Shown: positions 29,527 to 39,730 of the stretch, one piece after another
How the letters are laid out: the number at the start of each line of letters is the position of its first letter
Position numbering within the stretch: position 1 is the stretch's first letter
Sequence record: SRR2962707_1739
Strand: one strand, 5' to 3'
DNA: 64,000 nt
Made by a program: the position numbers and the translations under genes
The notes under the pieces: generated by a model
The model's database searches: none
What the model was told of the DNA's origin: nothing
Seen by the model: only the letters and a program-made list of their open reading frames with translations

Positions 29527-31293
29527 TTAGTGATCAACCGCCTTACCCGCACCTTGTGGGTAACGCACGCTTTCGACTAGATCTTGGATTTCTTTTGGTG
29601 GCTCTTCGGTCATAGAAGACACCAAGAAAGCGACCGAGAAGTTAATCACAGCGCCGATTGCACCGAAGGACAATGGTGATATACCGAACAACCAGTTATC
29701 TGGTGTGTTGGCATAAGACGCTGTACCTGGGATAAAGAACCAACCTAGGAATAAGAAGATATAAACCAAGGTAGAAATTAACCCCGCTAGCATACCCGCG
29801 ACGGCGCCTTTGCTGTTCACACGTTTCGAGAAGATCCCCATCATAAGAGCAGGGAAGATCGAAGCGGCGGCAATACCAAATGCGAGAGCCACTACCTGCG
29901 CGGCGAACCCTGGAGGGTTCATACCCAAGTAGGTGGCAACAACAATGGCGACAAACATCGACACCCTAGCGGCAAATAACTCACCTTTATCGGTTATGTC
30001 GGGATTGATCGTGCCTTTGATTAAGTCATGACTGATTGCCGACGAAATGGCGAGCAATAAGCCTGCCGCAGTAGATAAGGCTGCAGCAAGACCACCGGCC
30101 GCAATCAAACCAATTACCCAGCTAGGAAGGTTCGCGATTTCAGGGTTAGCCAAGACAAGAATGTCTCGGTTAACCACCAACTCATTACCGTTCCAGCCAC
30201 GGGCTGTGGCTTCGGCTTCAAATGCTGGTGTGTCGTTATACAGTTCAATACGACCATCGCCGTTTTTGTCTTCGAATTTGATTAAGCCTGTTGTTTCCCA
30301 GTTTTTAATCCAATCAGGACGTTCGGCATATTCAATAGATTGTGCCGTAGGGCCGTCTGGGTAAATGGTACTTAATAGGTTTAAACGAGCCATAGACGCA
30401 ACGGCTGGCGCGGTTAAGTAAAGCAGAGCGATAAACACCAATGCCCAGCCAGCAGACCAGCGAGCATCCGCTACTTTAGGAACGGTGAAGAAGCGAATAA
30501 TAACGTGTGGTAAGCCTGCAGTACCTATCATCAATGATAGGGTAAACAGCACCATGTTTAACTTATTATCCACATCCGCGGTGTAGTCTCTAAAGCCTAG
30601 TTCACGAACCACTTCGTCTAGTTTTTGCAATAATGGCATACCAGATTCAGTGTGATTAGAGAACAGACCAATAGCAGGGATGAAGGTGTCAGTCAGTTGT
30701 AAAGAGATAAATACCGCAGGAATGGTATACGCAATGATTAACACCACATATTGAGCAACCTGAGTATAGGTAATCCCTTTCATACCACCAAGTACGGCAT
30801 AAAAGAATACGACAATAGCCGCAATAATTAAGCCGGTATCGTTGTCGACTTCTAAGAAGCGAGAGAAGGCGACGCCAGCCCCCGTCATTTGACCGATTAC
30901 ATAAGTGACCGAGGCAATAATCAAACAAGCAACCGCCACGAGTCGAGCGGTACGACTGTAGAAACGGTCGCCAATGAAGTCCGGCACGGTGAACTTACCA
31001 AATTTGCGTAAGTAAGGTGCGAGCAACATAGCCAGTAGTACGTAACCGCCAGTCCAACCCATAAGGAAGGTTGAGTTAGCGTAACCACCGGCGGCAATAA
31101 GACCCGCCATTGAAATGAACGACGCCGCTGACATCCAGTCAGCCGCTGTGGCCATACCGTTTAGAACGGGGTGAACACCACCGCCGGCCACGTAAAACTC
31201 TTTTGTAGAGCCTGCACGTGCCCAGAAAGCAATCCCAAAGTAGAGTGCGAAAGAGGCACCAACGAAAATCAGGTTGATGGTAAATTGACTCAT
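29527..31293 (-). CDS. actP: Sodium:solute symporter, ActP-like (acetate/monocarboxylate)
   Basis: NGMATAADWMSAASF, GGMKGITYTQ, GTAGLPHVIIRFFTV; paired with DUF4212. Confidence 0.85.
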   Translation of the reverse strand: MSQFTINLIFVGASFALYFGIAFWARAGSTKEFYVAGGGVHPVLNGMATAADWMSAASFISMAGLIAAGGYANSTFLMGWTGGYVLLAMLLAPYLRKFGKFTVPDFIGDRFYSRTARLVAVACLIIASVTYVIGQMTGAGVAFSRFLEVDNDTGLIIAAIVVFFYAVLGGMKGITYTQVAQYVVLIIAYTIPAVFISLQLTDTFIPAIGLFSNHTESGMPLLQKLDEVVRELGFRDYTADVDNKLNMVLFTLSLMIGTAGLPHVIIRFFTVPKVADARWSAGWALVFIALLYLTAPAVASMARLNLLSTIYPDGPTAQSIEYAERPDWIKNWETTGLIKFEDKNGDGRIELYNDTPAFEAEATARGWNGNELVVNRDILVLANPEIANLPSWVIGLIAAGGLAAALSTAAGLLLAISSAISHDLIKGTINPDITDKGELFAARVSMFVAIVVATYLGMNPPGFAAQVVALAFGIAAASIFPALMMGIFSKRVNSKGAVAGMLAGLISTLVYIFLFLGWFFIPGTASYANTPDNWLFGISPLSFGAIGAVINFSVAFLVSSMTEEPPKEIQDLVESVRYPQGAGKAVDH

Positions 31294-31299
31294 ACTGAC

Positions 31300-31560
31300 T
31301 TACTCCTCTAGGCCAAATTTTTCATCAAGCTTGTTCATTCTCCATGCATAGAAGAAGGTCAAGATGATAAAGACAAGAATGGAGCCTTGTTGAGCGAACC
31401 AAAATCCTAGGTCGGTTCCGCCAATATGAATTCCGCTGAGTAAAGGTCGAAAGAGAATGGCACACCCATAGGACGCCAATGCCCATACGACCAAACAACC
31501 TAGGATAAGCCTTAGGTTGGCCTGCCAGTATTGTTGCGCATTAAGATTGTGATCTGACAC
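31300..31560 (-). CDS. DUF4212 small subunit of solute symporter
   Basis: YWQANLRL, LGFWFAQQGS, MNKLDEKFG; GTG start with ggag RBS. Confidence 0.9.
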   Translation of the reverse strand: MSDHNLNAQQYWQANLRLILGCLVVWALASYGCAILFRPLLSGIHIGGTDLGFWFAQQGSILVFIILTFFYAWRMNKLDEKFGLEE

Positions 31561-31633
31561 GGTAGATCTCCTTATTTATAATTATTTTTTCTACACCTGA
31601 TCAATTTAGCAGCACTTTACAAATTAATAAGTC

Positions 31634-31645
31634 CGACTTTAGTCG
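31634..31645. promoter_or_regulatory. Putative CrbR box upstream of DUF4212-actP
   Basis: CGAC-TTTA-GTCG; actP is a known CrbS/R target. Confidence 0.65.
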
Positions 31646-31986
31646 AATAAGGACATATTGGGCAAAAATAGCGCAAGCTCTGTTGATTAATTAGCGGCTG
31701 AAAGAGGCGCTTAAAGGAATATAGGATCGATGTAAAAATAACGGGAGGCCGTTAAATAATGGAAGCATTACGCCAGAATAAGGCTTTTAGTGACAATGAC
31801 GGCAAAAGGGGAGATATAAACGGCGAAGAGTCTTTATACTTTATTTATCCAAACGGACAAATTTTGATTGAGTCGTTTGCAGTAGCATTATGTTGCTGTT
31901 TTCTCATTTTGGACGTGAGTTTACCCGCATCACGACTGTGGTGATGTTTGGTTGTGCTCGAGATGATAACCATAAGGAGGTTGTTC

Positions 31987-32514
31987 ATGAAAGGAAGTAG
32001 ATTTAAATGGCAGCTCGCTCGATTTCACGAAGCCGCTGAGATTAGTGATTTGTTGAACTTAGCTTACCGAGGTGTTGATAACTGGACAGAAGAAACACAG
32101 TTATTAAGTGGTAAAAGGTCGACGCAATCTTTAGTTGAACGCAGTATGAATGAGACTGGGACGTATTTTTTTGTTTGTCGAAATGACGCCGCATTACTGG
32201 CTTGTGCTCGATTAACGCTGGTGGGAAATGAGGCTTACATTGGTTCGTTTGCGGTATTGCCTAGGTATCAAAGAAACGGTATTGGCAGCTACCTTTTGAG
32301 CGAAATCGAGCAGATTGTCATGAAAGAATATGGTGTGACTTTTTTTTCTGTGCCTGTTTTGTCCGAGCAACACACCTTGAAAGCATTTTATGAAAAGTGT
32401 GGTTACCAAAAAAATGGGCAGGCCGAACCTTATCCAGCTCACTTAAATATAGGTACGCCTAAACGCAGTGATATTATGATTGAGTTTTATTTGAAAAAAG
32501 CGAGCTTACATTAA
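31987..32514 (+). CDS. GNAT N-acetyltransferase
   Basis: FAVLPRYQRNGIG; AAGGAGG RBS. Confidence 0.85.
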   Translation: MKGSRFKWQLARFHEAAEISDLLNLAYRGVDNWTEETQLLSGKRSTQSLVERSMNETGTYFFVCRNDAALLACARLTLVGNEAYIGSFAVLPRYQRNGIGSYLLSEIEQIVMKEYGVTFFSVPVLSEQHTLKAFYEKCGYQKNGQAEPYPAHLNIGTPKRSDIMIEFYLKKASLH

Positions 32515-32576
32515 TACCCGAGTTTATAAGCTAAGCGATACCAAGGTTAAATGCTTGTGTGTAGGCTGATAACGGC

Positions 32577-34277
32577 TTAGTCCAAAATAGGATTGAACTC
32601 AGACACTTGATCTCGACCATTGTGTTTTGCTTCATAAAGCGTTTGGTCCGCTAGGTGAATTAATTTATCTAAATCATCACCAGGCTTAGGTTGATGAGTT
32701 GCCACACCAATGCTTAATGTGACCTTGCCCTTGTCGGACCCTTGATGAAGAATGTTCGCTTCTTTGACTTTCGTTGTGAGATGTTTTGCGAAAACCATTG
32801 CGCTCATTTTATCGGTATTTGGTAATAAAATAATGAATTCTTCACCGCCATAACGAGCGACCAAACCGCCCACACTTTCCGCTTCCGTTTTGAACATTTG
32901 CGCGAGTTGGAAAAGACACTGATCTCCTGCTTGATGGCCATAATGATCGTTAAATTGTTTAAACCAATCTAAGTCAATCATAATGACACTAACGTCATGC
33001 TTTTCTGTGCTGGCTTTGTCCCAGTATGCGATGAAATGCTGGAAGAAGTAGCGGCGGTTCGCTATTTGCGTTAAATCGTCTGTGTGGCTGAGCTGCTGCA
33101 ATGATTGATTTAATTCGATCAATTTCAGATTGGCGTCTTCCACTTCTTTCCTGGCGTCCATGGAGTCTTTTTGAGCTTGTTCTGTGGCTGCTACGAAAAC
33201 AGAAAAAACTTTTCCCATTAGCGCTATTTCATCTTCTCCTTCTTGTGGTATCGGGGTTTTTAAGCCTTTTGCGTGTTGTAGCATGACTTGATTCAAGCGG
33301 TTAAGTCGGAAGATGAGGTAGTGACGAATGAACCAATAAGCGAATGCCGTTAAGACTAAAAAAACGCAACTGAATAGAATGATATTTGTGATGACATTAC
33401 GAATTAATACATCGTGTTTTTGTGTCGAATCTAATGTGGCTTTTTTTAGTAATAGATAGAAATCAAAGGAAGCTGCGCTTAACTGTTGTGCTTTTTGTCG
33501 AGTTTGTCTGATTGCCGACAGGGTTGCTAAGTGTTGGTTTTGAAATTTTAATCTGGTAGAAAATGCGTGTTGCGAGGTGTGATAAAGCTGATCCAATAAT
33601 GCCAACTGAGCGTCAGAAAGGGTATCCGTATAATACATTTTGGCCAATAACGCGCTGATGGCATTTTTTTGAGCTTGCAGTTCACCTCGGCTAACGGCGT
33701 TTTGGCTTAGCATTGTGATATTAATGGCGTTTAGAAAGAGGTTTGTAAAATGCTGCTGGTGGGGGGTTAGGTCCACGTTGGAGGAAATGGCTTTTTGCAG
33801 GTGACGCAATGAATTAGAAATACTGCTGTGCTGCTTAGCAAGCTCTTTTTCTGTTAATAAGTAATTATCCAAGATTTTTAAGGTGTTGAAGTAAGGCTTC
33901 GTTATGCTGTCTATTTCATCAAGGATGGCTTGTTCTTTGGGGGTGTTAGCGTAAAGCTTTTCTCGGATTGAATAGAATACTTTCTTGGGAGAGTTGCTCA
34001 GTGATTGATAGTAGGAGCTGCTGTAACCTTGAACAATCATCTTCTCTAAGGCTTGTGAGGTGATTTGCTCTGCGTCTCTTGATAATTCCGCGGCATGAAT
34101 AGCGCGTTCGAACTGGGTATTGGTAAGGTGCTTAAACTCTTCGGATTGCTGCCATAAGATGAAAATACTGTAAGCTGTGATAATAAGGTAAAAACACAGA
34201 ACGCTAAGAAGAACTAAATTCAAACGAAAGCCAATCTTCTTCCTTGATTTGAGCTTTACTGTGGCAAAATCTGCCAT
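32577..34277 (-). CDS. Membrane diguanylate cyclase (TM, long helical periplasmic domain, TM, HAMP, GGDEF)
   Basis: DDLTQIANRR, DLDWFKQFNDHYGH, RYGGEEF; HAMP DEIALMG. Confidence 0.92.
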   Translation of the reverse strand: MADFATVKLKSRKKIGFRLNLVLLSVLCFYLIITAYSIFILWQQSEEFKHLTNTQFERAIHAAELSRDAEQITSQALEKMIVQGYSSSYYQSLSNSPKKVFYSIREKLYANTPKEQAILDEIDSITKPYFNTLKILDNYLLTEKELAKQHSSISNSLRHLQKAISSNVDLTPHQQHFTNLFLNAINITMLSQNAVSRGELQAQKNAISALLAKMYYTDTLSDAQLALLDQLYHTSQHAFSTRLKFQNQHLATLSAIRQTRQKAQQLSAASFDFYLLLKKATLDSTQKHDVLIRNVITNIILFSCVFLVLTAFAYWFIRHYLIFRLNRLNQVMLQHAKGLKTPIPQEGEDEIALMGKVFSVFVAATEQAQKDSMDARKEVEDANLKLIELNQSLQQLSHTDDLTQIANRRYFFQHFIAYWDKASTEKHDVSVIMIDLDWFKQFNDHYGHQAGDQCLFQLAQMFKTEAESVGGLVARYGGEEFIILLPNTDKMSAMVFAKHLTTKVKEANILHQGSDKGKVTLSIGVATHQPKPGDDLDKLIHLADQTLYEAKHNGRDQVSEFNPILD

Positions 34278-34332
34278 GTAACCTCTCCTTACACACTGTG
34301 TACTACAACAACTTTCATCTTACTGAATTTTT

Positions 34333-35349
34333 TTATTTAAAGGGAGGAGCGAATAAGGTTCCACCGTGTTTCCATAATGCGCTCAATCCTCGCTCTGCCT
34401 GAACAGGAGAGTGCTTTCCTAAGTGTCGGTCAAAAATCTGTGCGTAATTCCCCACAGACTTAATAATACGGTACGCCCAATCTTTGTCTAATCCCAACAT
34501 GTCGCCAATTTCACCTGTTGTTCCAAGCAAGTTCGTGACTTCAATGTCATCACTATGAGCTCGGAGTGCATCAACATTGTCTGCAGTAATGCCTTTGTCC
34601 TCTGCAAGAATGACGGCATGGATGACGGAGCGAATAATACGCTGCCATTGAGCGTCATCGTTGCGAACCGTTGGGCCAATGGGCTCTCTGGACAAGGTAA
34701 CGGGTAGGATGACGTATTCTTGTTTGCGCGCGGTATTGTTGGCTAAAGAGATGCGTAAATTCATTTTGTCGCCAGTATAAGCGTCACAAGCACTGCCGCG
34801 GAAAAACTGGCTGCCCTTTGAGTAGATAACCTTGGTTTTGAGTTTTTTAATGGTAACTATGTTTTCAATATTGCGCTGTGATGTCGTGTTGTTGGTAACA
34901 CAAATAGACTTGTTATCTAAGTCTTCAAGGGTACCAATACCGGAGCTTTTACGAACCAAAATACCTTGGCCATCAAAAAGATATATCGCTGGGAAGCTAA
35001 TAGCGTAGGCGTCTTCTCGGCCCAATGTCCAGGTAGAGCTGTACATAACCACATCGGTCGTTTTATCGACAAGGCTGGTAAAGCGTGTTTTGGCTCGCAC
35101 CTCAACATAGTTAACATACTCTGGGTTTTTAAGCACAGCAGCGGCAACGGCTCGACAAAAATCCACGTAGAAACCTTCCCAATGGCCATTTATCGAAATG
35201 GCGCTTCTGCTTGGATCATCCGGGTAAACGCCACAATTTAAATCCCCACGGTCGATAACATTCTGCAATGTTGATGCATGGGCATTTGTCTCAAAAACGA
35301 ATACGAAAAAACTAAAAAGACAAAAACCTAGGCGTTGCGGTAACGACAT
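34333..35349 (-). CDS. Periplasmic amino-acid binding protein (AapJ-like)
   Basis: Signal peptide AHA/S, DFCRAVAAA, SREPIGP, VGNYAQIFDRHLG, APPF. Confidence 0.88.
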   Translation of the reverse strand: MSLPQRLGFCLFSFFVFVFETNAHASTLQNVIDRGDLNCGVYPDDPSRSAISINGHWEGFYVDFCRAVAAAVLKNPEYVNYVEVRAKTRFTSLVDKTTDVVMYSSTWTLGREDAYAISFPAIYLFDGQGILVRKSSGIGTLEDLDNKSICVTNNTTSQRNIENIVTIKKLKTKVIYSKGSQFFRGSACDAYTGDKMNLRISLANNTARKQEYVILPVTLSREPIGPTVRNDDAQWQRIIRSVIHAVILAEDKGITADNVDALRAHSDDIEVTNLLGTTGEIGDMLGLDKDWAYRIIKSVGNYAQIFDRHLGKHSPVQAERGLSALWKHGGTLFAPPFK

Positions 35350-35540
35350 AAAAACTTCCACATTATAAAGTTGCCATCTATTTTCATTACTCTTGATGGG
35401 CAACTGGCTGCTATCAGTGCTAAAAGAAAAACGATTAGTTTATGTTTTGATAGTACGCTTTTATCACGGATAAACAGTTTTTAGTAATAAAATATTTAAA
35501 TGACGAGGAAGTGAATAGCTTGTTCCTTTGAGTTTATTAC

Positions 35541-35574
35541 GTCATTGCCATGCAGAAAAACACATGGCAATGAC
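35541..35574. terminator. Hairpin downstream of the class V enzyme gene
   Basis: gtcattgccatg-N10-catggcaatgac. Confidence 0.6.
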
Positions 35575-35600
35575 CGTTTTCTAAAACAAAGGGGGTTCTA

Positions 35601-37232
35601 TTAGTGGATATCTTGGACTAATACAAAATCTCTAATGTCGTTGTATGCTGGGTTAAAGGTGTGTTTTTGAATGTCGTACACAAGGTTTTGGCAATCTTGG
35701 ATGACCTTTTTCGCCTCATCAAAATACCTCGTTTTATTCATCTCTTTGGCTGCCTTTGGCGTGTTTGTATTATGGGGGAGATCGAAGAGTCTATTTAAAG
35801 ACAGACAGTCGGCCACTTTTCCTTGAAAGCGCCATAAATCACCGTCTTGGTCATAAGCGTAATAAGGCAGAATCGCAAGACCATAAGAGGCAATGAAATC
35901 AATGGCATCAAGAATAAAGTCGACATCAGACTGAGTTAAAAAATAGTTGAGGTTAAAGCGCACCCAGCCTGGTTTAACCAGCTTCTCTCCATGAGACAGG
36001 GCCTCTTGAATACGTGCCGAGCGTTGATTATCTATGCCTAATAGCTGGTGGCCATAAGGCCCTGCGCAGGAGCAACCTCCGCGCACTTGAATACCAAACA
36101 GATCATTTAACAGCGCTGTGACCAGTCCATGATGTAGGTAGCCATGTTCTGTACGAATACGAAACGCCGTAATAGAAAGCCTTGCCGCGGTGGGGTGGCC
36201 TAATCTTTCAATCGCTGGATTGTTAGCCCAGCGCTGATGGGTTTGCTCAACCCAAGCGTGTTCGCGCTCCTCGATGGTTTTGATCCCAACGGCTTGTTTA
36301 AGCTGAAACACCAAACCTGCTCGAATAGATTCGGTAATGGCCGGTGTGCCACCTTCTTCACGGCGCTCTCCTAGTGGCAAGAATGTATGATCATAAGGGG
36401 TAACAAATGACACAGTTCCACCACCAATTGAACTGGGTTTTTGATTTTTAATAATGGATTTTTTAACAATCAATACGCCAGGCGTACCAGGCCCGCCCAC
36501 TAGTTTATGGGTTGAAAAAAAGAGCGCATCTTTGTTTGCCGCTTTATTATTAGCTGGGTTCATGTCTATGTTTACATAGGGTGCGGCCGCGGCAAAATCC
36601 CAAAAAGAGAGGGCATTATATTGATGTAATAGCGACGTGATAGCATCTTGATCACAAAGAATACCCGTCACGTTAGAAGCGGCACTAAAGCTACCGATTA
36701 GGCATTTATGTTGATTTTGTTGAAGCGCTTTTTCTAAGTCTTCTAAACAGACGCCACCTTCTTGCGCTTCTTTTATCCGGATAACGTTAATACCCAGTTC
36801 TCGCCATGGTAATTCATTCGAGTGATGTTCATATGGGCCGATCAAAATACAATGTTTGTCTTTTTCGGCCTCTGTTAAGGTACGCAATTCCAACTGTGTA
36901 ATTAACGTATTGATTGCGCTTGTAGCGCCACTTCCACAAAATAGAACAAGATCGTCATCATTCGCATTGGTTGCGCGACGAATCTGTTGCCTTGCTTGCT
37001 CGCGAAATGCGGTGGTTTGTTGACCTGTCGCATTTGCTTCCGTATGAGTATTTGCATATAAAGGCAAGACATAATTCATCATGGCATCTTCGATAAACTG
37101 AAGGCTACGTCCAGAAGCGGTATAATCGGCGTAAGTTAAATATCGTAAACCAAATGGCGTTTTTATTTCAGTGTCTTTGCCAATAATGTTTTCACGAATC
37201 GTATTAATCAGAGCATCATCTTTATCTGCCAT
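35601..37232 (-). CDS. Class V PLP enzyme (cysteine desulfurase/SufS-like)
   Basis: YADYTASGR, EHHSNELPW, STHKLVGGPG (PLP Lys), RGGCSCAGPYGH. Confidence 0.88.
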   Translation of the reverse strand: MADKDDALINTIRENIIGKDTEIKTPFGLRYLTYADYTASGRSLQFIEDAMMNYVLPLYANTHTEANATGQQTTAFREQARQQIRRATNANDDDLVLFCGSGATSAINTLITQLELRTLTEAEKDKHCILIGPYEHHSNELPWRELGINVIRIKEAQEGGVCLEDLEKALQQNQHKCLIGSFSAASNVTGILCDQDAITSLLHQYNALSFWDFAAAAPYVNIDMNPANNKAANKDALFFSTHKLVGGPGTPGVLIVKKSIIKNQKPSSIGGGTVSFVTPYDHTFLPLGERREEGGTPAITESIRAGLVFQLKQAVGIKTIEEREHAWVEQTHQRWANNPAIERLGHPTAARLSITAFRIRTEHGYLHHGLVTALLNDLFGIQVRGGCSCAGPYGHQLLGIDNQRSARIQEALSHGEKLVKPGWVRFNLNYFLTQSDVDFILDAIDFIASYGLAILPYYAYDQDGDLWRFQGKVADCLSLNRLFDLPHNTNTPKAAKEMNKTRYFDEAKKVIQDCQNLVYDIQKHTFNPAYNDIRDFVLVQDIH

Positions 37233-37313
37233 TTTATCTCTCTCTATCATTGTTAGCGTTGGTTTTTCTGCTTTTAGATAATTAATAGAGAAAGGCTTTT
37301 TATTATTGAGCCA

Positions 37314-37787
37314 TTACTTATTTTTACTTAAAGGCAGAGGCAATTCTGTGGTGTATTTAATTTGCTCCATAGCAAAGTTTGATGTGACATCTGTTAATGC
37401 GGTGGCACTGATTAGTTTTTTATAAAAACGGTCATAAGCTGGAATATCCTTGACGAGTACTCGCATTAAATAATCGTAATCTCCTGCCATTCGGTAAAAC
37501 TCAACAATTTCTGGAAACTCAGTCACGGCTTCAGCAAACTTCATTGCCCAATTGGCATCGTGTTGATTGGTTTTTACCTGTACAAAAACCGAGACCCCTA
37601 ACGCCAGTTTGTCCGCGTCTAATAAAGCCACATGACGCTTCACATAACCTGCTTTTTCAAGCTTCTGGATGCGTCGCCAGCAAGGGGTTTTGGAGAGGCC
37701 AACTTGCTGTGCCATCAGGTCTAAAGAGATACTATCATCATGTTGCATTAAGGCAAGCAGTTGCATATATGTGTTATCTAGGTTCAT
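37314..37787 (-). CDS. Lrp/AsnC regulator, DecR/CyuR-like
   Basis: LSKTPCWRRIQKLE, YRMAGDYDY, YDRFYKKLI, FAMEQIKYTTELP; ATG at 37787. Confidence 0.88.
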   Translation of the reverse strand: MNLDNTYMQLLALMQHDDSISLDLMAQQVGLSKTPCWRRIQKLEKAGYVKRHVALLDADKLALGVSVFVQVKTNQHDANWAMKFAEAVTEFPEIVEFYRMAGDYDYLMRVLVKDIPAYDRFYKKLISATALTDVTSNFAMEQIKYTTELPLPLSKNK

Positions 37788-38320
37788 TTTGTTCTCTTTT
37801 TTGATAATTTGTTGGAATTTAATTTTTAATAATGAGGTTTTCTTTTGCCTCGTGCAACCTGGTTTTATATTTGCTCTATTTTTAGCAATGAAAGCTCTCA
37901 AAAGTAGATGAAAAAGATCACAAAAAGTCGAAAATTACCTTAAAAGTAGGCTTTTTACCGTAGTGGGATAGGATGAAAAAGAGATTGAAACTAAGGAGGG
38001 AGCCTCTCTGGTAGGGGCAAAACGTTCATAGGAGGGGTTAAACGTTGTGTGCAAGGGGAAAGGTTAGGTGATTATAGAAGTGAGAGAGGCATTAGAGTCA
38101 ATTAGGAAATTGACGAAGCATCAAGGCGATAGCGATAATCCTAATAAGAATAATGTCGCCTATATGGATGGCTTTACTCTTTAAAGATAAAAGTATTGTT
38201 TCTGCAAGATGACACTTATATGAATCTTTAATGACATCGATGAAAGTGGGTACCATGAATCGGAGAAAAGACTTACAGTAGTGGCTCATTCAAACATACT
38301 TATCGATGGTGGAGACACTT

Positions 38321-38437
38321 ATGTCTAATAAAGAAATCAAATCTATTAAAAAAGAAATAAAAGCTAGAAAAGAGAAAGTATCGAAACAAAAAAGTAAAAT
38401 TGATAAACTAAAAAAATCTCTAAAGAAAAAAGCTTAA
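38321..38437 (+). CDS. Unannotated 38-aa lysine-rich microprotein
   Basis: GGAG RBS 6 nt before ATG; MSNKEIKSIKKEIKARKEKVSKQKSKIDKLKKSLKKKA; hairpin downstream (38463-38510). Confidence 0.65.
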   Translation: MSNKEIKSIKKEIKARKEKVSKQKSKIDKLKKSLKKKA

Positions 38438-38581
38438 TATAGCGTTATTATTCATTGTTAACAATGCGATGAACAAGTGGAACGACAGCTTCCTCTTGTT
38501 CGCACGCATTATATTAATCCCTAGAGAGTTATGATAAATAACCTTGTCTAACTCGCTTTTACTTATTCTGATTATTAACCA

Positions 38582-39730
38582 TTAAGGCCTAAATCTTAGG
38601 TTTTCTCTAGAAAGTTGCTTTATTGACGTTTTCCCCATTAATTTCATGTCCCGTTCTAGCTCTGCTTTCATCAGCCCTAACGCTCTCTCGACACCGGGTT
38701 GTCCTGCCGCAGCGAGAGGATAAAGGTACATTCTGCCAATACCAACGGCTTTGGCGCCCAATGATAATGCTTTTAAAACATGAGTACCGCGCTGTACGCC
38801 ACTGTCAAAAATGACGTCTATTTCATCGCCTACTTCATCGACTATCTCGGCGAGCTGATCGAAAGAACTTCGTGAGCCATCAAGCTGGCGACCACCATGA
38901 TTAGAAATAATAATCCCAGTACAGCCTATATCTACCGCCTTACGGGCATCCTCTCGACTCATAATGCCTTTTAAGCAAAACTCCCCATCCCAAAATTTCA
39001 CCATTTCGGCCACGTCATCCCAATTCATTGAAGGGTCGAGCATGTTGGTAAAATAGTCACCTATTGAAGTGGCACCAGAACCCATGTCTATGTGCTCATC
39101 CAACTGAGGTAAGCGAAATTTTTCATGGGTGACGTAATTGATCCCCCACATGGGTTTGAGTGCAAATTGCAACATTCCCGCGAGCGTCAAACGGAAGGGG
39201 ATGGAAAAGCCGGTGCGCAAGTCGCGTTCGCGATTACCGCCGGTGATCGAATCAACGGTCAACATCATAACTTGTACGCCAGCCGCTTTTGCTCGCTCCA
39301 TCATGGCGCGGTTTAAGCCGCGATCCTTATGGAAGTAAAACTGATAAACCTGAGGCGTGTTCACTTGTTTCGCGATCTCTTCCATGCTGACGGTACCAAG
39401 GGAGGACACGCCAAACATGGTGCCATATTTCTCAGCGGCACCTGCAACTGCGCGCTCTCCTTGATGATGAAATAAACGTTGCAGTGCGGTAGGGGAGCAA
39501 TAAACAGGCATGTCGAGCTTTTGTCCCATGACGGTGACAGACAGGTCAATGTCTTTTACGCCTGTTAGGACACTAGGGACGAGGTCACAGGTTTCAAAGG
39601 CTGCGGTGTTACGTCGATAAGTCGACTCATCATCAGAGCCGCCATCTATATAATTGAAAATTGGACTCGGCAGGCGTTTTTTAGCCAGAGTACGAAAATC
39701 CTGAAAGTTATGGCAGTCATTGAGTCGCAT
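38582..39730 (-). CDS. FMN-dependent alpha-hydroxy acid oxidase/dehydrogenase (LldD/glycolate oxidase family)
   Basis: FNYIDGG, LTVDS, SNHGGRQLD, DSGVQRGTHVLKA. Confidence 0.92.
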   Translation of the reverse strand: MRLNDCHNFQDFRTLAKKRLPSPIFNYIDGGSDDESTYRRNTAAFETCDLVPSVLTGVKDIDLSVTVMGQKLDMPVYCSPTALQRLFHHQGERAVAGAAEKYGTMFGVSSLGTVSMEEIAKQVNTPQVYQFYFHKDRGLNRAMMERAKAAGVQVMMLTVDSITGGNRERDLRTGFSIPFRLTLAGMLQFALKPMWGINYVTHEKFRLPQLDEHIDMGSGATSIGDYFTNMLDPSMNWDDVAEMVKFWDGEFCLKGIMSREDARKAVDIGCTGIIISNHGGRQLDGSRSSFDQLAEIVDEVGDEIDVIFDSGVQRGTHVLKALSLGAKAVGIGRMYLYPLAAAGQPGVERALGLMKAELERDMKLMGKTSIKQLSRENLRFRP

